A DNA stretch of 64,000 bases from an uncultured Planctomycetota bacterium (GTDB taxonomy: Bacteria; Planctomycetota; JAJSAM01; JAKLKS01). Under the pieces are notes generated by a model. It was given only the letters and a program-made list of their open reading frames with translations, did no database searches and was not told the origin of the DNA. The translations under genes were made by a program, and so were the position numbers. Positions 58,625 through 64,000 of the stretch are shown one piece after another; position 1 is the first letter of the stretch, and the number at the start of each line of letters is the position of its first letter. The stretch covers positions 139,989-203,988 of the forward strand of contig CAZSIX010000002.1 in assembly GCA_964607145.1 (NCBI GenBank), given 5' to 3'.

Positions 58625-59731
58625 GTGACCCCGGCCCGCAGTCCCGGCGAGACCGCCGCAGCCCTCCGCGAGGCGGCGCGGGCCATCGGGTTCGACCTCG
58701 TGGGCACGGGTCCCCTCCACGGGCCCGAGGACGGCGGTCGGCTGCTCCGCTGGGTCGCCTCCGGTCGCGCCGGCGAGATGGCGTACATGACGGCGAACCC
58801 GGACCGCCGGGCGGACCCGCGGCGGACGCTGACGGACGCCAGGGGTGTGGTGGCCGTGGGTCTCCACCACGACCCGGGGGATCGCCCCCCGGATCCAGGG
58901 ACGGCGGCGCCGGCGCCGGAGGGTCCGCCGCGGGGCTTCATCGCCCGCTATGCGCGGGGGCGGGACTACCACCGCGTGATGGAGACCGCGCTGCGGAGGC
59001 TCAAGGCGGAGGTGCTCCGCATCGGCGGGCCCGGGACCACCGCCCACTGGACCGTGGACCACGGACCGGTGCTGGACCGCGCCCTCGCCGCCGGCGCCGG
59101 CCTCGGGTTCGTGGGGAAGTCCACGGCGCTCATCCACCCGAGGGCGGGCTCCTACTTCCTCCTCGGCGAAGTCCTCACCAACCTCGAACTGCCCCCCGAG
59201 GAATCGCCCGCCGGGGGCTGCGGCACGTGCAGCCGGTGCATCGACCTCTGCCCGACGGCCGCCATCACCGCCCCCTACGAGGTGGACGCCCGCCGGTGCA
59301 TCTCCTACCTGACCATCGAGCTGCGAGGACCCATCCCGGAGGAGTTCCGACCCGCCGTGGGCTCCATGGTGTTCGGCTGCGACATCTGCCAGGAGGTCTG
59401 CCCCTGGAACCGCTTCGCCCGCCCCGTCTCGGCGGCGGACCTGAGACCCCGGGCGGTGGCTGTGGAACCGGACCTCCTGCGCCTGGCGGCCATGGACGAG
59501 GCGGAGTGGAAGTCCGCCTTCCAGGGCATGGCCATCCTCCGGGCCGGCTATGGGGCGTTCCGCCGCAATGTCGCCGTGGCGCTGGGGAATGCGGGCGGGG
59601 CCGCCGCGGAGGCGGCGCTGGAGGCCCTCGCGCGGTGCGGCGATCCCCTCGTGGAGGAGCACGCCCGGTGGGGGCTGGGGCGCCTGGCCGCGGAAGGCCG
59701 CCCCGGACCGGGTGAACATCAATCTGCTTGA
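58625..59731 (+). CDS. queG: Epoxyqueuosine reductase
   Basis: Two 4Fe-4S ferredoxin motifs (CGTCSRCIDLCP, CDICQEVCPWN) and HEAT-like C-terminus typical of QueG. Confidence 0.9.
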   Translation: MTPARSPGETAAALREAARAIGFDLVGTGPLHGPEDGGRLLRWVASGRAGEMAYMTANPDRRADPRRTLTDARGVVAVGLHHDPGDRPPDPGTAAPAPEGPPRGFIARYARGRDYHRVMETALRRLKAEVLRIGGPGTTAHWTVDHGPVLDRALAAGAGLGFVGKSTALIHPRAGSYFLLGEVLTNLELPPEESPAGGCGTCSRCIDLCPTAAITAPYEVDARRCISYLTIELRGPIPEEFRPAVGSMVFGCDICQEVCPWNRFARPVSAADLRPRAVAVEPDLLRLAAMDEAEWKSAFQGMAILRAGYGAFRRNVAVALGNAGGAAAEAALEALARCGDPLVEEHARWGLGRLAAEGRPGPGEHQSA

Positions 59732-59883
59732 TTGAATGTATTGATGTGACGAATGTCATGAAACATGAAATCGGGCTTGACGTCCGCGGCAAATCTGGTT
59801 GAATCGTGGTACGGGAAGCACCGGGCTTCCCGTTGGACGTTGCGGACGAGGGGGCTTGGCCCCCCACGACGGGAGGGACGAGA
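59732..59883 (+). promoter_or_regulatory. AT-rich promoter-like region and structured 5' leader upstream of the TGA-interrupted ORF
   Basis: Local GC drop; TTGATTGAATG / TTGATGTGA / TTGACG / TTGAATCG motifs; 8-bp hairpin CGGGAAGC-accgg-GCTTCCCG (59812-59832); GGGAGGGA RBS. Confidence 0.4.
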
Positions 59884-60564
59884 ATGCGCATGGGCAAGAT
59901 GGCGGGGCTGGTCGCGCTCGCGGCCGTGGCTTCGCTCACGTCGTACCAGGTCGATCTCAAGGCCGGCTGAGGCGTTCCGTTCGCCTGCGGAGCAGGCGTC
60001 AACACCGCGAAGATCAACTGGGACGACAACGCCGAAGTGCCGGCGGAGTCCCGCCGCGTCTCGTCCGGCAGCGCCGAGCAGGGTGGCGCCGTCGTCGAGG
60101 TGGGCGAGGACTACGACGCGGCCATCGAGGCGCTCAAGGCCAAGAAGCCCCTCCTGGTCTACTACTTCGTCGAGGGCGTCGTGGACCCGATGAACGACAA
60201 CTACACCTTCTCGCGGAAGTTCGAGATGGGTGTGCTCGGCATCTCCAAGGTGGTGGACTTCCTGAACAAGGAGTTCGTCTGCCGGAAGATCGCCCTGCCC
60301 GCCGAGGCCGACATGAAGGTGGCGAAGAACCAGGCGCGCATCGAGATCTACGGCGCCACGAACACCCTCATCGGGACCATCGGTCGCGACGCCGACGGCC
60401 TGCTGAACTCGGCGCCGTTCACGGCCTTCGCCAAGGTACGCATCGCCAAGAGCGACTCCCTCGCCAAGAAAGAGATCGCGCGCCTCGAGAAGGAGAAGGC
60501 CGAGGCCGCCCGTCGCGAGAAGGACGCTCCCGCTGCCGAGACCGAGGTCGCCGACGCCCGGTAG
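59884..60564 (+). CDS. Secreted protein whose ORF is interrupted by an in-frame TGA (59968-59970) between the signal peptide and the body; possible recoding or disrupted gene
   Basis: ATG 59884 with GGGAGGGA RBS: MRMGKMAGLVALAAVASLTSYQVDLKAG-[TGA]-GVPFACGAGVNTAKINWDDNAEVPAESRR... The body runs in the same frame to 60564 and has no signal peptide of its own (track ORF 60037..60564 starts at an internal GTG). Hairpins lie 1-30 nt after the TGA. Confidence 0.4.
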
Positions 60565-60592
60565 TCCGACCCGGAACGCGAACGCCTGACAC

Positions 60593-60617
60593 GGGCGGGG
60601 CCGAGAGGCCCCGCCCG
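60593..60617 (+). terminator. Intrinsic-terminator-like hairpin after 59884..60564 gene
   Basis: GGGCGGGGCC-gagag-GGCCCCGCCC followed by GTTCGATTCG. Confidence 0.5.
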
Positions 60618-60677
60618 TTCGATTCGCGGCGCCGCCGCGCCCGGTCGGGACGGCGCGTCGCGGTAGACTGCTCCGCC

Positions 60678-61373
60678 ATGGAGCCCCCGAGCGTCCCGTC
60701 GGTGGTGGTCCGACCCGGGCGGGAACTCCGCGGGCCGTCGGGCTGGATCGCGATCTTCGGTCGGGCCGCGCCGCTGGAGGTCGAGATCGGGTTCGGCCGC
60801 GACGATGGACTGCTCCGCCGGGCGGCGCTGCATCCGGACCGGGACCACGTCGGCGTCGAACTGCGGTGGGAGCGGGTCGATCGCTACGCGCGGCGCGTCG
60901 CCCGGGCGGGCCTCCCCAACCTGCGCATCGTCCCCGGGAGGGCGGAGGTCGCGGTGGGGGTCCTGTTCCCGTCGGGCTCCGTCGATGCCGTGCGCGTGCT
61001 CTTCCCCGATCCCTGGCCCAAGTGCCGGCACGGGACCCACAGGCTGGTGCAGCCCTTCTTCATCCGGGAGGTGCGCCGCATCCTTCGACCGGGCGGACTT
61101 CTCGTGCTCGCCACCGACGATGAGCCGTACCAGAACCAGATGGAGCGCACGGTCGCCGAAGCGGGGGGTTTCCGGGACGTGCTCGGCGAGGAGCCGGGCG
61201 AGGACGAGGAGCTGCGCTCCATGGCCATGCCGCGCCTCGGCGCGGGGGAAAGGATCGGGTCCGATGGCACGACGATCTTCGAAAGGAAGGGGCTCGCGCG
61301 CGGCCGGGGCATCCGGTACTTCCGGTTCCGCCGGGAAGGGACGCCCGTCGAAGCGGCGCTCCCTCCGCGCTGA
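60678..61373 (+). CDS. trmB: tRNA (guanine-N7)-methyltransferase
   Basis: ...EIGFGRDDGLLRRAALHPDRDHVGVE...VRVLFPDPWPK..HGTHRLV... TrmB hallmarks. Confidence 0.9.
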   Translation: MEPPSVPSVVVRPGRELRGPSGWIAIFGRAAPLEVEIGFGRDDGLLRRAALHPDRDHVGVELRWERVDRYARRVARAGLPNLRIVPGRAEVAVGVLFPSGSVDAVRVLFPDPWPKCRHGTHRLVQPFFIREVRRILRPGGLLVLATDDEPYQNQMERTVAEAGGFRDVLGEEPGEDEELRSMAMPRLGAGERIGSDGTTIFERKGLARGRGIRYFRFRREGTPVEAALPPR

Positions 61374-61395
61374 GCCGACGGAGCATCCGTCGGGC

Positions 61396-61875
61396 GTGCC
61401 CATCCTCTGGAGCCCGTGGCGGATGGAGTACGTCCTGAAGGGGCGCCCGCCGGGCTGCGTGTTCTGCGAGGCGCGCTCGCGGACCGACGACCGGGAGGCC
61501 CTGGTCCTGCATCGCGGCGCCCACGCCTTCGTGGTCCTGAACCGCTACCCGTACAACACGGGGCACATGATGATCTGCCCGAACCGCCACATCGAGGAGC
61601 CGGCGGACATGACCGAGCACGAGTCGCTGGAGGTCATGGGCCTCCTCGGTCGCTGTGCGACCCTGGTGCGGAACCGGATGAACGCCGAGGGTGTGAACGC
61701 CGGGCTCAACCTCGGTCGCGCGAGCGGCGGGAGCGTGGACCATCTCCACCTGCACGTCGTGCCGCGCTGGGTGGGTGACACGAACTTCATGCCCGTCGTC
61801 GCGGGGACGAAGACGCTGGTGGAACTGCTGGACGGGACGTGGAACCGGCTCCGGGAGGGGGTGGCGGAATGGTGA
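61396..61875 (+). CDS. HIT-family (histidine triad) protein
   Basis: ...CVFCEARSR..., histidine triad HLHLHVVPR; start GTG 61396 or ATG 61423. Confidence 0.8.
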   Translation: MPILWSPWRMEYVLKGRPPGCVFCEARSRTDDREALVLHRGAHAFVVLNRYPYNTGHMMICPNRHIEEPADMTEHESLEVMGLLGRCATLVRNRMNAEGVNAGLNLGRASGGSVDHLHLHVVPRWVGDTNFMPVVAGTKTLVELLDGTWNRLREGVAEW

Positions 61876-62417
61876 TCTGGATCTCGCGGCGGGGCGGGCA
61901 CGGGGCGGTGGTCGCGGCCCTGCTTGCGGCCGCCCTCTCCTCCGGGTGTTCGGAGCCGGCGCCGGCTCCGGCGACCGCTCCCGTCGAGGAGGTCGGCGAC
62001 GAGGTCGCCATCCTCCGACGGCTCCCTCCCGAGGGAAGCGGCGGGATCACGGAGCCCACGCGCACCGTCGTCCGCGATGCGGCCACGCTGGACGCGCTGT
62101 GGCGGCGCGCCTCCTCCCACCGCGCCCCGGTCCCGCCTCCGCCGACCGTGGACTTCGCGAAGGAGATGGTGGCCTTCGTGTCCCTGGGGACGCGGCCCAG
62201 CGCCGGCCACGGCATCGAGATCGTCGGGGCCCGCGACGACGGCGGGAAGACCGTCCTGCTGATCCTCGAGCACAAGCCGGCGCAGGGAGCCATGTCGGCG
62301 GCCGTCGTCACCCACCCCTGGCACATGGTGATCCTCCCGCGGCGGACGGGGGAGGTGGAGTGGGTCGACTACGTGCCTCCGGACCAGCGCCTCGGCACCA
62401 ACCTCAACAAGCGGTGA
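61869..62417 (+). CDS. Hypothetical lipoprotein
   Basis: MVIWISRRGGHGAVVAALLAAALSSGCSEP lipobox; start overlaps the HIT stop. Confidence 0.65.
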   Translation: MVIWISRRGGHGAVVAALLAAALSSGCSEPAPAPATAPVEEVGDEVAILRRLPPEGSGGITEPTRTVVRDAATLDALWRRASSHRAPVPPPPTVDFAKEMVAFVSLGTRPSAGHGIEIVGARDDGGKTVLLILEHKPAQGAMSAAVVTHPWHMVILPRRTGEVEWVDYVPPDQRLGTNLNKR

Positions 62418-62534
62418 ACGGCGCACGGGCGTGAACCGACCCCGGTCCTCGTCCGTGTAGGGAGGGACGGGTTCCCGGGCATCCGCCCCCTCCGGGGCGG
62501 GCGATGGCCCGCGGGGGTCCGGAAAGGAGCCTCC

Positions 62535-64000
62535 GTGCATCCCTCCCGCGCCGTTCCGCTCCTCGCGATCCTCCTGCTCGTCTCGCCCCTCCCCTCCGCA
62601 TGCGCAGGGGACGGGGACCCGCCGCCGCCCCCCGCGGCCGAGGGGGCCGAGGCGGAGGCGCGGCGACGGGCGGACGATGCCTCCCTCCGCGCCCGGCGCC
62701 TGCGCGAGGAGGCGGCGGCGGCGGAGAGGGAGGCGGCGGCGGCGGATCTGGAGGCGCTGCGCGCCCGCCGCCGGGATCTCGAGGAGCGGATCCGGACAGC
62801 GGAGGACGCCCTGGCGACGGCCCGTGCCGACGGGGCCACCCCGTCCGTCGTGGACGGGGCCGCCGCCCGGCTCCGCGCGCTCTACGAGGAGTCCGCGGGC
62901 ATCTCGGCGCGGCTCGCGGGTGGAGGGGCGGCGCCGGTGGTGGCGGTGGGGGCGGCAGGCGTCCCCCGGGCCCCCGCGCGACTGGCCGTGCCCTTCGACG
63001 GGACCGCCGGTCTCGGACCGCTCCAGCCGCGCGCGGACGCGGCGGCGGCCGTGGAGGAAGGGCTCGACTGGCTCGCCCGGCACCAGGCCCCCGACGGCTC
63101 CTGGGACTGCGACGGGTTCGACGCCCGCTGCGATGGCGGCCGCTGCCCCGGCACCGGCGGGCCCCTGTACGACGTGGGCGTGACGGGCCTCTCCGTGACC
63201 GCGTTCCTCGGCGCGGGGGAGACCCACACGACGGTGCGCCACGGTCCCACCGTCCGCGGCGCGCTCAAGTACCTGAAGGGAGTGCAGGACGCCGAGGGCT
63301 GCTTCGGGGCGCGCACCTCCAGCCACTTCACCTACGGCCACGCGCTGGCCACGCTGGCCATGGCGGAGGCGTACGCGCTCACGTCCTCGCCGCTCTTCGA
63401 GAAGTCGGCCCAGGAAGGGGCCAACTTCATCCTGCGGGCGCAGAACCCGTACGCCGGCTGGCGCTACGGCGTGCGTCCCGGGGACAGCGACGCATCGGTC
63501 ACCGGGTGGATGGTGCTGGCGCTCCAGAGCGCGCGCGCCGGGGGACTCGCCGTGGATCCCGCGGCGTTCCAGGGAGCCGTCGCGTTCCTCGACCGGGTCA
63601 CCGATCCCGCGACGGGGCGCGTGGGCTACACGATGCGCGGGAACGGGCCGGCGCGGCCCATGGATGTGGTCGATCGCTTCCCGCAGGATCGGTCGGAGGC
63701 GCTGACGGCGGAGGGAGTGCTGGTGCGGCGGTTCTCGAGCAGCGGGGATGCCTCCTCCGACGCGCTGGTCCGGCGGGGCACGGCACTGTGCCTGGAGCGC
63801 CTGCCGGCATGGGACCCGGCGGCCGGCGGGACCGACTTCGTCTACTGGTACTTCGGGACCCTCGCCACTCGCCTCGAGGGCGGTGACGGCTGGCGGCGCT
63901 GGCGGGAGGCGCGGGATCGGGAGTGGAGCCGCATGCAGCGCGGCCCCGCCGACGGCTGCGCCCGCGGGTCATGGGATCCGGTGGACGCCTGGGGTTCGGA
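62535..64000 (+). CDS. Prenyltransferase/squalene-oxidase repeat (terpene-cyclase-like) lipoprotein, C-terminus beyond window
   Basis: AAGGAG RBS, GTG 62535; VHPSRAVPLLAILLLVSPLPSACAG lipobox; ...LDWLARHQAPDGSWDCDGF..., GWMVLALQSARAGGL... repeats typical of the alpha-alpha toroid family. Not in ORF track (no stop inside window). Confidence 0.75.
   Translation, partial: MHPSRAVPLLAILLLVSPLPSACAGDGDPPPPPAAEGAEAEARRRADDASLRARRLREEAAAAEREAAAADLEALRARRRDLEERIRTAEDALATARADGATPSVVDGAAARLRALYEESAGISARLAGGGAAPVVAVGAAGVPRAPARLAVPFDGTAGLGPLQPRADAAAAVEEGLDWLARHQAPDGSWDCDGFDARCDGGRCPGTGGPLYDVGVTGLSVTAFLGAGETHTTVRHGPTVRGALKYLKGVQDAEGCFGARTSSHFTYGHALATLAMAEAYALTSSPLFEKSAQEGANFILRAQNPYAGWRYGVRPGDSDASVTGWMVLALQSARAGGLAVDPAAFQGAVAFLDRVTDPATGRVGYTMRGNGPARPMDVVDRFPQDRSEALTAEGVLVRRFSSSGDASSDALVRRGTALCLERLPAWDPAAGGTDFVYWYFGTLATRLEGGDGWRRWREARDREWSRMQRGPADGCARGSWDPVDAWGS

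Noticed and set aside
62504-63886. 460-aa plus ORF from the track
   Set aside because: Low-complexity Arg/Gly/Pro translation; the real gene is in another frame starting at GTG 62535 and running off the window.

Overview
Very GC-rich (about 70%) bacterial chromosomal segment, densely coding on both strands, with many adjacent genes joined by 4-nt ATGA/GTGA start-stop overlaps. Taxon is not assignable from sequence; Lys/Ala-rich histone-H1-like tails, many lipoproteins and terpene-cyclase-like repeat proteins suggest a Gemmatimonadota/Myxococcota-like organism. No CRISPR array, rRNA, transposase or integrase was seen. Recognisable content: ADP-forming acetyl-CoA synthetase; a histidine-utilisation operon (hutH-hutU-two zinc-ribbon ORFs-hutI); two GT1 glycosyltransferases; an RCC1-repeat lipoprotein of atypical composition; the ispH-NUDIX-lipoprotein operon; the RiPP-like cluster (15808..17770), where a secreted Cys-rich repeat peptide sits next to a DUF692 multinuclear non-heme iron oxidase (MNIO) and its DUF2063 partner; a SWIB protein; a TonB-dependent receptor; boxB/boxC (benzoyl-CoA epoxidase pathway); an ECF sigma fused to a membrane/periplasmic domain; cspA; nfu; a Ser/Thr kinase-RDD fusion; an NitT/TauT-type ABC transporter; two HEAT+vWA paralogs; an ECF sigma/anti-sigma(thioredoxin-like)/TPR module; a short MetE-like methyltransferase coupled to TusA/DsrE/OsmC sulfur-relay proteins; a DcaP-like porin; an HExxH secreted protein; tRNA-Met(CAT); queG; trmB; a HIT protein. 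Most notable besides the RiPP cluster are two in-frame TGA-interrupted ORFs. The first (46842..47834) reads as a TlpA-like thioredoxin with a U-x-x-C motif and a SECIS-like hairpin, which points to selenocysteine. The second (59884..60564) carries a signal peptide upstream of its TGA and is a weaker case. The hut operon carries two paralogous zinc-ribbon ORFs and no hutG. A 35-bp element occurs at two loci. All calls are from manual reading of the translations; no database search was possible.
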